64,000 nucleotides of DNA from an uncultured Candidatus Rokubacteria bacterium (lineage in GTDB: Bacteria; Methylomirabilota; Methylomirabilia; Rokubacteriales; CSP1-6): contig CAVXJS010000009.1 of the NCBI GenBank assembly GCA_963762145.1, positions 448,001 to 512,000 of the forward strand, in the 5' to 3' direction. Shown piece after piece: positions 11,535 through 21,623 of this stretch (positions are counted from its first letter, which is position 1; every line of letters starts with the position of its first letter). The notes below the pieces were generated by a model. That model worked only from the letters and a program-made list of their open reading frames with translations, searched no databases and had not been told where the DNA came from. The translations under genes and the position numbers were made by a program.

Positions 11535-12292
11535 TGGCGCGCGCGCTCCGGCGCCTCGTCCTTCCCGGCACGCTCCTGCTCCTCCTGGTCGCGCCCACGT
11601 GGAGCCAGGAGCCCGGGCGTCCGCGCAGCCTGCCGGCCGCGGTCGTGAAGATCGTGAGCGGCGACACCATCCACGTCTTCGTCAACGGCGACGTGGAGCC
11701 CGTCCGGTACATCGGGGTGACCGCGCCGGACGCGGGCGACGGCCGTCCCGATTCCGGCGACCCACAGGGCCGGGAGGCCCTGCAATTCAACCGCGGCCTG
11801 ACGAACGCCAAGAACGTACGGCTCGAGCTCGACGTTCTGGAGCGGGACCCCGAGGGCCGGCTCCTGGCCTACGTCTGGGTCGGCGACGTGATGGTCAACG
11901 CGGAGCTGATCGCACACGGACTGGGGCAGGTCGTCACCGGCGGCCCCAACGTCCGGCACCAGGAAACGCTGCTGCGTCGCCAGGAGCAGGCGCGGGCCGC
12001 GAAGCTCGGCATCTGGAAGACGGCGGGGCCGGCGCCTCCCGCGAAAGGCACGTCCCCCGCCGCCCCCCCGACGGCACCGAACGTCGCGCAGGCCCGGCCC
12101 GGCGTGGCGCCGAAGACAGGCTGGAGCTGCCCCCTGACGCATCCGATCAAGGCGGACTTCACGACCTATTCGTCGGAGCGCTGCATCTACTACGTGCCCG
12201 GCAGCAGCGCCTATGCGGAGAGCCGTACCGAGCGCTGCTACGCCACCGAGGACGAGGCCCGCCAGGACGGCTGCCGCCGCTCGCGCCGCTAG
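11534..12292 (+). CDS. Thermonuclease (SNase)-like secreted protein with C-terminal Cys-containing domain
   Basis: GDTIHV, VRYIGV, GRLLAYVWV, VNAELIAHG, ARAAKLGIW; C-terminal CP..IK..IYYVPG..Y..ERCYATEDEAR..GCR domain. Confidence 0.85.
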   Translation: MARALRRLVLPGTLLLLLVAPTWSQEPGRPRSLPAAVVKIVSGDTIHVFVNGDVEPVRYIGVTAPDAGDGRPDSGDPQGREALQFNRGLTNAKNVRLELDVLERDPEGRLLAYVWVGDVMVNAELIAHGLGQVVTGGPNVRHQETLLRRQEQARAAKLGIWKTAGPAPPAKGTSPAAPPTAPNVAQARPGVAPKTGWSCPLTHPIKADFTTYSSERCIYYVPGSSAYAESRTERCYATEDEARQDGCRRSRR

Positions 12293-12345
12293 GGTGTCGC
12301 CCTCCGAACCTTGCTCCTGCGCGGTGAACCCGCTATCGTGCATGA

Positions 12346-12717
12346 ATGGCCGGACATCTGATCCTGGTCGTGGACGAGGAAGCCGCCGCGCGGCAGGCTC
12401 TCGTCGACGTGCTGAGCCTCGACGGTCACGAGGTGGACGGGGCGGGCGACGCCGACGGAGCGCTCCTGCTCCTCGACCAGCGGCGCTACGAGCTCGTGAT
12501 GGCCGACGTCCGCATGCCGAAGCTCGACGGCCCCGCGCTGCTCGACGCGCTCGCCGAGCGCTTCGCCGACGCCCTGCCCCAGGTCGTGTTCCTCACCCAC
12601 GTCGCCTTCGATCCGCACTACGGGAGCTTCCTCGCCAACCTCCGGGCGCCCGTGCTCGCGAAGCCGATCAAGCCCGGCCGCGTGCTCGAGCTGGTGACCC
12701 GGATCTTCGCCGCATGA
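12346..12717 (+). CDS. Single-domain response regulator (receiver)
   Basis: ILVVDEE, DVRMPKLDG, FLT, KP; promoter TTGCTC-N17-TATCGT just upstream. Confidence 0.88.
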   Translation: MAGHLILVVDEEAAARQALVDVLSLDGHEVDGAGDADGALLLLDQRRYELVMADVRMPKLDGPALLDALAERFADALPQVVFLTHVAFDPHYGSFLANLRAPVLAKPIKPGRVLELVTRIFAA

Positions 12718-12730
12718 GCCGGCGGGAATC

Positions 12731-13108
12731 GTGACCACGCGCCCGAGGCTGATCCTGGTGGTGGAGGACGAGAGCAGCCTCCGCGAGCTGATCGCCAACA
12801 TCCTGCTGCTCGACCACCACGAGGTGGACACCGTCCGCGACGGGGCCGAGGCCCTCTACCGCATCGAGCAGCGCGCCTACGACCTGATCATCAGCGACCT
12901 GCAGATGCCGAACCTCGACGGCCCGGGACTGTATACCGCCCTGCGCAAGCGCTTCGGCGAGGCCCTGCCCCGCGTGATCTTCGTCACCGGCCACGCGGAG
13001 GCCGACAAGTTCGTCCCCTTCCTGGCCGAGACCGGCGACCCGGTGCTGACCAAGCCCTTCACGGTGGAGGACCTCCGCACCCTGGTGCAGTGGGTGCTCG
13101 AGACCTGA
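12731..13108 (+). CDS. Single-domain response regulator (receiver)
   Basis: ILVVEDE, DLQMPNLDG, FVTG, KPF; paralog of the preceding gene. Confidence 0.9.
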   Translation: MTTRPRLILVVEDESSLRELIANILLLDHHEVDTVRDGAEALYRIEQRAYDLIISDLQMPNLDGPGLYTALRKRFGEALPRVIFVTGHAEADKFVPFLAETGDPVLTKPFTVEDLRTLVQWVLET

Positions 13109-16100
13109 TCAGAAGCTGACGCCGCCCGGGCGGCCGCCGGGCCCCGGCGCGGTGCTCGAGTCGAGATGCAGCCGCTCGAGCCAGAACGCCATCCCCATCT
13201 CCTCGAAGAGCGCGCGCGCCTCACCCAGGTGCTTGTCCGCGCCCGCCGCGTCGCCGGTCCGGCGGGCGAGCCGGCCGAGCCCCAGGTGGCAGCGCGCGGC
13301 CAGGGTCCGCATCCCGAGCTCGCTCGCCAGGGCCAGCGCGTGCGCGTGGTGGCTGCGCGCCCGGTCGAGATCGGGCGGCTGCTTCTCGGCCGCGGCCAGG
13401 CCCAGCAGCCGGAGGGCGTAGACCATGTTGCCGCGCTCCTTGTGCGCTTCGGCGAGCGCGAGGGCGCGCCGCCCGTCCGCCTCCGCCGCCGCGGCGTGGC
13501 CGGTGAGCAGGCGCACCTCGCCCAGATGGGTGGCGATCAGGGAGAGTCGGCCGAGGCGCTGCATGCTCTGCGCCTGGCGCACCGCCCGCTCGGCCAGATC
13601 GAGCGCGTCCGCGCCCCGTCCCGTGAGCGCGTAGACGATGGCGAGGTCCCCCGCGATGGGCGGGAAGAAAGCGGGCATCTCGGCCGCGAGCTCGATGCCG
13701 CGCTCGAGCACGCCCCTGGCTTCCCACATCTGGCCGCGCCGGACCAGGGTGCCGCCCAGCCCGAGCAGCGCGTACGGGACGCTGTAGGCGTCGCGGCGCG
13801 CCTCGGCCAGGCGCACCCCGTCCTGCGCGACCGCCATCGCCTCGTCGAACTGGCCCAGCTCGGCCAGGGCCCACGCGAGGTGCGCGCGCGTGAGCACCGC
13901 CGCGATGCCGGGCAGCCCGAAGGTCTCGCCGCTCTCGTGAGGCGGCAAGAGCTCCAGGTTGCGTCGCAGGACGGTGACCGCCTCGCGGTAGTCGCCCAGG
14001 GCCCGTCGGCCCGCGCCCACGTTGAAGGTGCCCACGACCCGCAGGCCCAGGTCCCCCGTCTCCTCGGCGATGGCGAGCGCCCGGGCGCCCACCCGCGCCG
14101 CCTCGTCGGTCTCGCCGAGCTCCCAGTGCACGTTGCTCTCGAACGAGAGCGCGCGGGCCAGCCGCGGTCGGTCGTCGAGGGCCTCCGCGTGCGCGGCCGC
14201 CTCGCGCAGGACCTCGAGGCTGCGCGCGTGCTGGCCGAGCGGGACCAGCGCGTTGTGCAGGTCGCAGCGGAGGTCGACCCCGGTGGCGCGCGTCACCGCG
14301 TCCACCGGCCGGTGGGCGAGCGCGGCGAGGGCCCGCTCGAAGAAGGAGACGCTCTCCCAGCTCGCCAATCGCGCCAGCATCCGGCCGCCGGCCTGGCGGC
14401 AGTAGCCCACCGCGCGCTCCCACGCCTCGCCCAGGAAGGCGTGGTGGGCGAGCCGCTCGGTCTGCTCGGCCAGACGGTCGCCCTCGTAGAACTGCTCGAT
14501 GGCCTCCAGGATGCGCGCGTGCAGCGTCCGCCGACGCTCGTGCAGCAGGCTCTCGTATGCGACGTCGTGCACCAGCGCGTGGCGGAAGCCGTACTCGAGA
14601 TCGGGGAAGAGCGCGCGCTGATCGAGCAGGCCCGCGACGTTGAGCTGGTCGAGGCCGCGGCGCACCTCGTCGGTGGGCACGTCGGCGACGGTCTCGAGCA
14701 GGCGCACCGGGACCGTGTCGCCGATGACCGAGGCGGCCTGCAGCAACCGCTTGTCCTCGTACCGCAGCCGGTCGATGCGCGAGGCGATCGTGGCCCGCAC
14801 GGTGGCCGGGACCTCGAGCGCGAGGACGGGACGCGTGAGGCGGTAGGCCCCGCGCTCCCCCGCGAGCGCGCCGGTCTCGACGAGGGTCGTCACGCACTCC
14901 TCGAGGAAGAGCGGATTGCCGTTCGCGCGGTCGGCCACCAGGCGCTTGAGCGGCGTGAGCCCGGGCTCGTCGCCCAGCAGCGCGTCGAGCATGTCGCCGG
15001 TGGCCGGCGGCTCGAGCGCGTCCACGCGCACCTGCGAGTAGCCCGGGTGGCGGCTCCAGCGGTCCACGTGCTCGGGACGGTAGGTCGAGACCACGAGCGT
15101 GTAGGGCGGCAGCGCCTCCACCAGTGCGTCCATCGCGGCGTGGGTCTCGGAGTCCACCCACTGCATGTCCTCCAGGATCATCACGAAAGGCTGCTGGCGT
15201 CCCTGGCGCGTGACGAGCCGGTGCACGGTGCGCATCACCTGGCGGCGGCGGCGATCGGGATCCATGTCGCTGACCGCGCCGTCCTGCGGCACGCCGAGCA
15301 CCCAGAGGATCGCGGACACGCCCTCCTCGAGGTCGGGATCGAGCGCGCGCAGGCGCGCGGCGACCTTGTCGCGGACCGTCGCCGGGTCGTCGCCGCTCTC
15401 GACCTGGAAGTACCGGCGGTGCAGCTCCACCCCCGGCCGGTAGCCGGCGGCGCGGCCGTAGGAGACCGCGGGCGCCTCGATGACGAGACAGCCCCGGGCC
15501 CGGCAGCGCCGGGCGAACTCGAGGCAGAGACGCGACTTGCCCACTCCCACGTCGCCCACCAGGGACACGACCTGGCCGGTGCCGGCCAGCATCGCGTCGA
15601 GCGCCTCGTCGAGGCGGGCCAGCTCCGTCTCGCGCCCCACGAGCGGCGAGCGCGCGCGCGGCGAGGCCGCGTCGAGTCGCGAGCGGATCGGCACCGCCCC
15701 GCTGATCTCGTGCACGTCGACCGGCGCCTGGAGGCCGCGCACCGGCACCGGTCCGAGGGCGCGCGTGGCCACGCGGCCCCGCACCAGCGCGACGGTGGGC
15801 TCGGTGGCCAGGATCGAGGCGGGCTTGGCCATCTGCTCCATGCGGGCGGCCAGGTGCACGGTCTGGCCCACCGCGGTGTAGGTGAACGAGAGATCGCTGC
15901 CGATGGAGCGCGCCACCACCTCGCCCGAGTTGAGGCCCACCCGGATCTGCAGCGGCAACCCGAGCGAGCGCTGCAGCGCGTCGCCGAAGGCGAGCATCCG
16001 CGTCTGCATGCGCAGGGCCGCGTAGCAGGCGCGCACCGCGTGGTCCTCGTTGGCGAGCGGCGCGCCGAAGAGGGCCATGATCCCGTCGCCCATCACCTGG

Positions 16101-16423
16101 TTGACGGTGCCCTCGTAGCGGTGCACCGCCTCCATCATCAGGTCGCGCACCTGGTCGATGACCGGCCCGATCTCCTCGGGGTCGCGCTCGCCGACCGCCT
16201 CGATCATGCCGTGGATGCCGGCGAACAGCACGGTCACCTGCTTGCGCTCGCCCTCGAGCGCCTCGCGCGAGTCGAGGATGCGCTGGGCGAGGTGCGGCGG
16301 GGTGTAGACGCCCGGCGAGGTGAAGCGCGCGGAGTCGCCTCCGCCGATCCGGCTGCCGCACGCGGGACAGAATCGCGCGCCGTCGGGCGCGGAGTTGGCG
16401 CAGCGGGGGCATGGCTGGCTCAT
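13109..16423 (-). CDS. Zinc ribbon + class III adenylate/guanylate cyclase + AAA/STAND ATPase + TPR protein
   Basis: CPRC..CPACG, GERKQVTVLF, MGDGIMALFGAP, Walker A GDVGVGKS, LEDMQWVD, GNPLFLEE, TPR tail. Confidence 0.92.
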   Translation of the reverse strand: MSQPCPRCANSAPDGARFCPACGSRIGGGDSARFTSPGVYTPPHLAQRILDSREALEGERKQVTVLFAGIHGMIEAVGERDPEEIGPVIDQVRDLMMEAVHRYEGTVNQVMGDGIMALFGAPLANEDHAVRACYAALRMQTRMLAFGDALQRSLGLPLQIRVGLNSGEVVARSIGSDLSFTYTAVGQTVHLAARMEQMAKPASILATEPTVALVRGRVATRALGPVPVRGLQAPVDVHEISGAVPIRSRLDAASPRARSPLVGRETELARLDEALDAMLAGTGQVVSLVGDVGVGKSRLCLEFARRCRARGCLVIEAPAVSYGRAAGYRPGVELHRRYFQVESGDDPATVRDKVAARLRALDPDLEEGVSAILWVLGVPQDGAVSDMDPDRRRRQVMRTVHRLVTRQGRQQPFVMILEDMQWVDSETHAAMDALVEALPPYTLVVSTYRPEHVDRWSRHPGYSQVRVDALEPPATGDMLDALLGDEPGLTPLKRLVADRANGNPLFLEECVTTLVETGALAGERGAYRLTRPVLALEVPATVRATIASRIDRLRYEDKRLLQAASVIGDTVPVRLLETVADVPTDEVRRGLDQLNVAGLLDQRALFPDLEYGFRHALVHDVAYESLLHERRRTLHARILEAIEQFYEGDRLAEQTERLAHHAFLGEAWERAVGYCRQAGGRMLARLASWESVSFFERALAALAHRPVDAVTRATGVDLRCDLHNALVPLGQHARSLEVLREAAAHAEALDDRPRLARALSFESNVHWELGETDEAARVGARALAIAEETGDLGLRVVGTFNVGAGRRALGDYREAVTVLRRNLELLPPHESGETFGLPGIAAVLTRAHLAWALAELGQFDEAMAVAQDGVRLAEARRDAYSVPYALLGLGGTLVRRGQMWEARGVLERGIELAAEMPAFFPPIAGDLAIVYALTGRGADALDLAERAVRQAQSMQRLGRLSLIATHLGEVRLLTGHAAAAEADGRRALALAEAHKERGNMVYALRLLGLAAAEKQPPDLDRARSHHAHALALASELGMRTLAARCHLGLGRLARRTGDAAGADKHLGEARALFEEMGMAFWLERLHLDSSTAPGPGGRPGGVSF

Positions 16424-16461
16424 CGAGGTAGAGGCAGTCTACCATCGCGGCGGAAGGCGGC

Positions 16462-16490
16462 TTGACACTCCCGGACCGCGCATCTAAAGT
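16462..16490 (+). promoter_or_regulatory. Sigma70-type promoter
   Basis: TTGACA-N17-TAAAGT, 7 nt before ATG 16498. Confidence 0.7.
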
Positions 16491-16497
16491 GCGCGCC

Positions 16498-17082
16498 ATG
16501 TCGCGACGGGTTTTCGCCCTCCTGGCCCTCGTGCTCGTGTCCGCCGGCTGCGCCGGGCGCGACTTCAAGCGGCCCGCGCCCGAGAGCCTGGCCGTCGGGC
16601 AGGCGACGGAGGCGGAGATTCGCCAGCGGTTCGGCACGCCCTACCGCGAAGGCACCGTCCTCAAGAACAACGAGACGATGAAGATCCTCAGCTACGCCTA
16701 CGCGACGACGGCCTCGTCGGCTCCGGGCGGCCTGGTTCCGGCCCGCGCTCAGGAGTTCTACCTCTGGCGGGACGTGCTCGTCGGCCACCACTTCACCAGC
16801 TCCTTCCCGGACGACAAGACGGACTTCGACGGCACGAGGGCGTCCGAGATCAAGAAGGGCGAGACGACGGAGGCGGCCGTGGTGAGCCTGCTCGGACCGC
16901 CCCACGGCGCCTACCGCTACCCGCTCATCGCCGACAAGGACGCGCGCGCGGGCGTCTACCTGTTCGAGCAGGTGAAGGGCACCTCGTTCAACCTGAAGCT
17001 CTACCGCCAGATCCTGGTCGTCCAGTACGACGGCGCGGGCGTGGTCAAGGACCTCGAGTACACCGCCACCGGCGAGCGCTGA
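16498..17082 (+). CDS. Lipoprotein with two SmpA/OmlA (BamE)-like repeats
   Basis: Lipobox SAGC; repeats VGQATEAEIRQRFGTP and KGETTEAAVVSLLGPP. Confidence 0.75.
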   Translation: MSRRVFALLALVLVSAGCAGRDFKRPAPESLAVGQATEAEIRQRFGTPYREGTVLKNNETMKILSYAYATTASSAPGGLVPARAQEFYLWRDVLVGHHFTSSFPDDKTDFDGTRASEIKKGETTEAAVVSLLGPPHGAYRYPLIADKDARAGVYLFEQVKGTSFNLKLYRQILVVQYDGAGVVKDLEYTATGER

Positions 17083-17087
17083 CCCGC

Positions 17088-18311
17088 CTAGACGGCCGGG
17101 GAGCGGATGTGCTCGGCGCGGATGCCGACGCCGACCACGCGGGCGGGCAGGCGCTGGAGAGCCGGGTAGCGCGCGAGCAGCCGGATCGCGAGGGGCGGCG
17201 CGAGGCCGGTCTGGCCGCCCTGCAGTGCCCGGGTGATGACTCGCCGCTGCACGAGAACCTGCAGCCGCTGCGTGACGCGAGTCGGCCACTGACGGCGCGC
17301 CTGTACGCGGCGGAGCTGGGCGAGGGTCGGCCGGCCCGCGCGCAGCGGCTCCCACAGAAGGTTGGCGGTCGCGACCGCGTCCTGGATGGCCAGGTTGATG
17401 CCGACGCCGCCGACCGGCGACATGGCGTGCGCGGCGTCGCCGATGCAGAGCAGGCCCGCCCGCTGCCACTCCCGCAGGCGATCCACCTTGACGGTGAGGA
17501 GCTTGACGTCGTCCCAGTCGCGGATCTCACCCGTCCGGTCGGGGGCCCACGGAGCGAGACGCGCCACCTCGGCGCGGAAGGCCTCGAGGCCACGCCGGCG
17601 GACGTCCTCCGCCGAGCCCTTCGGGATCACGTAGCCGCACTGCCAGTGCTCGCCGCGGTTGATGAGGACGAAGATCCGGCCGATGTCGAAGCGGCCCATG
17701 GTGGCCGCCGGGTCGGACCGGTGGCGCGAGAGCCGGAACCAGAACACGTCCATGGGCGCGCCCAGGTCCTCCACCGAGAGCCCGGCCCGCTCCCGGAGCA
17801 CCGAGGACCGCCCGTCGGCGGCGACCACCAGGTCGGCCCGCACCTCGAGCGGGCCCGCCGGCGTGACGGCGCGGACCCCGATCACCCGGCCCGCGTCCTC
17901 GATCAGCCCGGTGGCCTCGGCCCGCATCTCGAGCTGGAAGGTCGGAAAAATCTTCGCCTGGCGGACCAGGAAGTCGAGGAAGTCCCACTGCGGCATCATC
18001 GCGATGAACTTGCAGCGAGTCGCCAGGTGCGTGAAATCGGCGATGGTGACCGGAAAATCCCCGAACTGCGCGACCAGCCGGGGGACTTCCTGATGCGGGA
18101 GCCGCAAGAACTCCTCCAGGATTCCGAGCTCGTGCATCAGCTCGAGCGTGGAGGGGTGGATGGTATCGCCCCGGAAATCGCGCAGGAAGTCCGCGTGCTT
18201 CTCCAGCACCTGCACGGACACCCCAGCCCGGGCCAGGAGCAGGCCCAGCATCATCCCGGCGGGCCCGCCGCCCACGATGCAGCAGCGGACCGCCCTCGAC
18301 GCGGAGGCCAT
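17088..18311 (-). CDS. FAD-dependent oxidoreductase/monooxygenase
   Basis: GGGPAG, DFLRDFRGDTIHP, ADG, IGDAAHAMSPVGGVGINLAIQD. Confidence 0.93.
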   Translation of the reverse strand: MASASRAVRCCIVGGGPAGMMLGLLLARAGVSVQVLEKHADFLRDFRGDTIHPSTLELMHELGILEEFLRLPHQEVPRLVAQFGDFPVTIADFTHLATRCKFIAMMPQWDFLDFLVRQAKIFPTFQLEMRAEATGLIEDAGRVIGVRAVTPAGPLEVRADLVVAADGRSSVLRERAGLSVEDLGAPMDVFWFRLSRHRSDPAATMGRFDIGRIFVLINRGEHWQCGYVIPKGSAEDVRRRGLEAFRAEVARLAPWAPDRTGEIRDWDDVKLLTVKVDRLREWQRAGLLCIGDAAHAMSPVGGVGINLAIQDAVATANLLWEPLRAGRPTLAQLRRVQARRQWPTRVTQRLQVLVQRRVITRALQGGQTGLAPPLAIRLLARYPALQRLPARVVGVGIRAEHIRSPAV

Positions 18312-18384
18312 CTATGTCACGATCCCCCGGCCCGGGAGCCCGGAACACGGGGCGAATGACGGCAATCTGGGTTAGGATTCTGGC

Positions 18385-19422
18385 ATGAGCACTCCGAACG
18401 CATCGCAGGTCAGAGTATATCGTGCCGCCGACGCGCCGCCCGGCGCGCTCGCGGGCGAATCCGTCGCGGTGCTCGGCTACGGCCATCTCGGCCGCACCGC
18501 CGCGCTCAACCTGCGCGACTCCGGCGCAAAGGTGCGCATCGGCAATCGCGAGGACGAGTACGCCGAGCAGGCGCGGGCCGAGGGCTTCGAGGTGGTGTCG
18601 ATCGCCACCGCGGCCGCCGACGACGTGGTGTACGTGCTGCTGCCCGACGAGGTCATCCCGACCGTCTTCGACGCGGAGATCGCGCCCACGCTGCGGGCGG
18701 GCAGCGCCATCGCCTTCGGCTCGGGCTACAGCCTGGCCTTCGGCCTCATCCACCCGCCGGAGACGATCGACGTGCTGCTGGTGGCCCCGCGCATGGCCGG
18801 GACCACCGCGCGCAATCGCTACCTCGAGGGCCACGGGTTCTGGGCCTGCGTGGGCGTGGAGGCCGACCGCAGCGGGCGGGCCGAGCAGCGCATGCTGGGC
18901 TTGGCCGATGGCATGGGCGTGCTGCGCAAGGGCGCGGTCCAGATGTCCGCGAAGGTCGAGGCCACGCTCGATCTCTTCATCGAGCAGACGGTGGGCTCGA
19001 TGCTCGGCATGGCGATCATGATGGCCTTCGAGGTCGCGCGCGACGCCGGCATGCCCGCCGAGGCGCTGGTGCTCGAGATGTACATGTCGGGCGAGATGGA
19101 AGCGGTCTTCCAGGCCTTCCGGGAGACCGGCTTCTTCCGCGCCTCCGAGGACCACGGGCCCACCGCGGTGTTCGGCGGCATCACCCGCTCGCTCGAGATG
19201 GACCGCGAAGCCATGGCGGAGAGCTTCCGCAAGACCCTCGAGGACATCAAGAGCGGAGGCTTCGCGCAGCGCTTCCAGGAAGAGGCCCGGAACGGGTACC
19301 CGATGCTGGAGTTCGCGCGGGCCATGATGCACGGCGGCTCGCCGATCACCGAGGCGGAGAACCGCATCCGGCGCCTGACGTCTCCCGACTCGTCCGGCGC
19401 CAGCCCAGGAGGGTCGACATGA
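18385..19422 (+). CDS. Ketol-acid reductoisomerase-like protein (IlvC family, divergent)
   Basis: VLGYGHLG, ALNLRDSG, LLPDE, VAPR, DLFIEQ, DIKSGGFA. Confidence 0.85.
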   Translation: MSTPNASQVRVYRAADAPPGALAGESVAVLGYGHLGRTAALNLRDSGAKVRIGNREDEYAEQARAEGFEVVSIATAAADDVVYVLLPDEVIPTVFDAEIAPTLRAGSAIAFGSGYSLAFGLIHPPETIDVLLVAPRMAGTTARNRYLEGHGFWACVGVEADRSGRAEQRMLGLADGMGVLRKGAVQMSAKVEATLDLFIEQTVGSMLGMAIMMAFEVARDAGMPAEALVLEMYMSGEMEAVFQAFRETGFFRASEDHGPTAVFGGITRSLEMDREAMAESFRKTLEDIKSGGFAQRFQEEARNGYPMLEFARAMMHGGSPITEAENRIRRLTSPDSSGASPGGST

Positions 19423-19511
19423 CCCTCGCCCTCCGGTGCGCCTCCACCCTGCCCGTGGCGGGCGGCGACCGCCTCGGCTGAGTTGCCCGCCAGCGCCCCC
19501 GCGCGGCCGCG

Positions 19512-20141
19512 TCAGGGCTGAAGCCGCGTCCCCCGCCACGCCCCGCCGGTGAAGCCCGCCGCGGTCGGCTCGAGCGTCCGCGCCCACACCGCGCGATCGT
19601 GGGCGCGCCCCGGCTGCCCCGCCCACAGCTCCACCCGCTCCGCCCACACGCGATAGCCGCCCCAGCGCTTGGGCCGCGGCACGTCCGTGCCGTGCGTCTG
19701 CTTCGTCGCCTCGATCTTCTCGAGGAACGCCCGGCGCGAGGCGATGGGCCGGCTCTGGTCGCTCGCCGCCGCGGCCACCCGCGCGTCCAGCGGCCGCGTA
19801 TTCCAGTAGCGATCGGAGTCGGCCTCGGGCGCGTGCGTGACCGGCCCTTCCACGCGGATCTGGCGCTCGAACACGTCCCAGTGGAAGACGAGCGCGGCGC
19901 GCGGGTTCGCGGCGAGGGCCAGGCCCTTCGTGCTCTCGCGATCGGAATAGAAGACGAGCCAGCCCAGGCCCACGTCGAAGCCCCGGCAGATGACCATGCG
20001 CACCGTCGGGCGCCCGTCGGCCCCCACGGTGGCCAGCGCCATCGCGGTCGGGCTCTTCATCGCGGGCCGCGCCTCCTCGAGCCACTGCGCGAGCAGCGGG
20101 AGGGGATCGGCGGGCAGGATCTCGGGAAGCGGCTCACTCAT
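19512..20141 (-). CDS. pdxH: Pyridoxamine 5'-phosphate oxidase
   Basis: AMALATV..GRPTVRMV, RQIRVEG, SDQSRPI, RPKRWGGYRV, ELWAGQPGRAHDR, RLQP. Confidence 0.92.
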   Translation of the reverse strand: MSEPLPEILPADPLPLLAQWLEEARPAMKSPTAMALATVGADGRPTVRMVICRGFDVGLGWLVFYSDRESTKGLALAANPRAALVFHWDVFERQIRVEGPVTHAPEADSDRYWNTRPLDARVAAAASDQSRPIASRRAFLEKIEATKQTHGTDVPRPKRWGGYRVWAERVELWAGQPGRAHDRAVWARTLEPTAAGFTGGAWRGTRLQP

Positions 20142-20166
20142 GGCCGGCGCAGGATAGCACGGCGGT

Positions 20167-21594
20167 TCACGAGGTCGACCCGTCACGCCGGCGCCGGCGC
20201 TTGACGCTCTCCCGGTGCAGGGCCCGCGCGCGGACCAGCAGGGTCACCGCGAGCCAGAGCGCGATCACGCCGAGTGGCACCGCGACGACCCACGGCCAGA
20301 CCAGCGCGACGAGGCCCAGCAGGAGAAGCACGAGCCCCGCCGCGCCCATGATCCTGGCCTCGGCCGGCCCGAGCGCGCGATGCCCGGTCATCGCCGCCCC
20401 GACCGCGCTCCCGATGCTGACCGCCCCCGCGGCGGCGCGACCGGCGCTCCCCGGCTGGCGGGCCGGGCGCCGGGGTGCCTCTGCGCGCTTCACGACCCGG
20501 GCCCTGGCGGTCAGGGTGATCTCGGTCGCCCGTCCGAGATCGTCCAGGTACATGTCCTCCATCTCGGCCGCGAATCCCTCGTCCTCCACCGCCACGTCGA
20601 GCTCCCAGTTGCCGATCCACGACTGGAGATTCAGATTCGTGGAGCCGACGCGGGCCCAGCGCCCGTCCGCCACCGCGGTCTTGGCGTGGAGCATCGTGCC
20701 ATTCCACTCGTAGACTCGCACCCCAGCCTCGAGCAGCGGACGGTAGCCCGCACGCGACAGCCCGCGCAGGATCCAGATGTCGGTCGCCCCGGGCACGAGC
20801 AGCCGCACGTCCACGCCGTCGCGCGCCGCGGCGCGCAGCGACTGCACGTAGGCGCTCGTTCCGACGAAATAGGCGTCGGTGAGCCAGAGCGTCCGTCGCG
20901 CGGCGGCCGCGATCAGCTGATCGAGGCGATAGAGCTCGGCGGTGCCGGGCATGCTGGCGATCACCCGCACCGCGACATCGCCCGCGGCGGACCGCGAGTC
21001 CCTCGCCGACACCTCCGCCGCGGGGATCGGCGGACCGGTGAGGGCCCACATCCGGGCGAACGCCCGCTCGAGGTCCGCGATCGCGGGACCGCGCAGGCCG
21101 ATCCCGGTATCGCGCCAGGGCTCGATGCCCCGCGCGACGTCGCCGACCCAGTAGCGCCCGACACAGAGGCCGGTCACGAAGGCGACCTGGCCGTCCACCG
21201 CCAGCATCTTGCGATGGTCGCGCGAGAGCCAGCTGACCGCGCTCGAGAAGCTCGGTGGATTGAAGCAGCGGACCTCCACGCCCGCGGCCCGCAGCTCGCG
21301 CCAGAACCGGCGCGAGGTCTTGCCCACCGCCCCCAGCCAGTCGTAGATGACCCGGACCCGCACTCCCGCCCGGGCGCGGGCCGCGAGGGCCTGCGAGAAC
21401 TGCCGGCCCGTCTCGTCATCGTGGATGATGTAGCTCTCGAAGTGGATCGAGCGCCGGGCCGCGCCGATCGCCTCGAGCCAGGCCGGGTAGTTCTGGGCCG
21501 CGTCCTTGAGCAGGCTGACATCGTTGCCGGCCACGAGCGGCGCCCCCGAAGCGCGCGCGAACGCATGTTCGATCGAGTCGAACGCGGAGCGCAC
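20167..21594 (-). CDS. Cardiolipin synthase-like phospholipase D (ClsB-like)
   Basis: Two HKD motifs ([16 protein letters not shown]), WRDT, GSTNLN; C-terminal TM hairpin. Start codon is approximate. Confidence 0.9.
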   Translation of the reverse strand: MRSAFDSIEHAFARASGAPLVAGNDVSLLKDAAQNYPAWLEAIGAARRSIHFESYIIHDDETGRQFSQALAARARAGVRVRVIYDWLGAVGKTSRRFWRELRAAGVEVRCFNPPSFSSAVSWLSRDHRKMLAVDGQVAFVTGLCVGRYWVGDVARGIEPWRDTGIGLRGPAIADLERAFARMWALTGPPIPAAEVSARDSRSAAGDVAVRVIASMPGTAELYRLDQLIAAAARRTLWLTDAYFVGTSAYVQSLRAAARDGVDVRLLVPGATDIWILRGLSRAGYRPLLEAGVRVYEWNGTMLHAKTAVADGRWARVGSTNLNLQSWIGNWELDVAVEDEGFAAEMEDMYLDDLGRATEITLTARARVVKRAEAPRRPARQPGSAGRAAAGAVSIGSAVGAAMTGHRALGPAEARIMGAAGLVLLLLGLVALVWPWVVAVPLGVIALWLAVTLLVRARALHRESVKRRRRRDGSTS

Positions 21595-21623
21595 CTCGTC
21601 AGCGCCGCCGCCGCACTCGCCCG

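Noticed and set aside
13166-16637. Very long alternative-frame ORFs (1099 aa +, 1138 aa -) and similar shadow ORFs throughout
   Set aside because: Stop-poor antisense and alternative frames are expected at high GC3; they are Arg/Gly/Pro-rich with no motifs.
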